64,000 bases of DNA from Octopus sinensis (Eukaryota), in NCBI RefSeq assembly GCF_006345805.1, contig NC_043005.1:87110001-87174000 (forward strand), written 5' to 3'. Below, piece by piece: positions 63,421-64,000 of the stretch. The position numbers and the translations under genes are program-made. The notes under the pieces were generated by a model that was not told the DNA's origin, searched no databases, and saw only the letters and a list, made by a program, of their open reading frames with translations. Within the stretch, counting starts at the first letter, position 1. Every line of letters begins with the position of its first letter.

Positions 63421-64000
63421 CTTGCTTCTAACAGCACAGATATAACGACTACAGCACTACCAAGAACAGCGTGAAAGTTGTACGAGCAGGAGCAGTAACA
63501 GCGACTTCAAGAATGAATCCAACAAAAGAAACAAAATAGCAAAAGCTACAGCAACAACACCAGGAAGAGCATACCGCTCCCAAAAGACCCCAAGCGATAT
63601 AATAGCAACTATCACAACAACAGCAAAACTATCTTAAACATTAATAAATGAATTCTCCAATCATGTTTCAACAATCCAATATATGATTCTGCTGCCTGTA
63701 GCTAAAGGCAGACATATATTATACTGAGGACGGGAAATGGAAAACTGCCTTAGAGAAAGGGAAATATACAAAACAAATCTGCCCAGAGGAAATGATGACA
63801 GATTCGAAGAAAGAGACTAAAAGGAGTAAACATCGTCACAAACTCCAGCATCACTAGCACTAGAGATAACATCAGTGCTACAAACATTACAAAATATCCA
63901 AGCCCAAAGAAGAACAACATCTGGAAAGCACCAGCCTATATAGCCACCTTTACAAATGCATTCTTACGGTCACACTCTGCTTTTGCATCATTATTGAACC

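Overview
Eukaryotic, repeat-saturated non-coding DNA with no host protein-coding exon that I can support. The SINE families and extreme microsatellite density look like an octopus (cephalopod) genome; this is an inference from recall and was not searched. Nearly all ORFs in the supplied track are microsatellite artefacts. The only intact ORF is a Tc1-type DD34E transposase (ATG 9897 to 10913) inside a complete 1631-bp IR/DR element. The rest consists of decayed Tc1, mariner, Tigger and hAT elements, CR1-, RTE-, R4/Dong- and L1/Tx1-like LINE relics, a Penelope-like (PLE) RT plus GIY-YIG relic, and many tRNA-derived SINEs. The most interesting signal is a dense set of type I hammerhead-ribozyme (HHR) motifs in short (TA)n-flanked elements, long fold-back palindromes and tandem duplications. 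Two canonical HHRs with a palindromic helix III lie 1791 bp apart in a tandem duplication (20267-20341, 22058-22132, minus strand). A fold-back element has an inverted arm that stops exactly at the predicted cleavage site (17380-18952). An ~85-bp insertion is little more than an HHR (38821-38903), and several families carry recurrent core variants. All ribozyme calls are by-eye folds and are untested.
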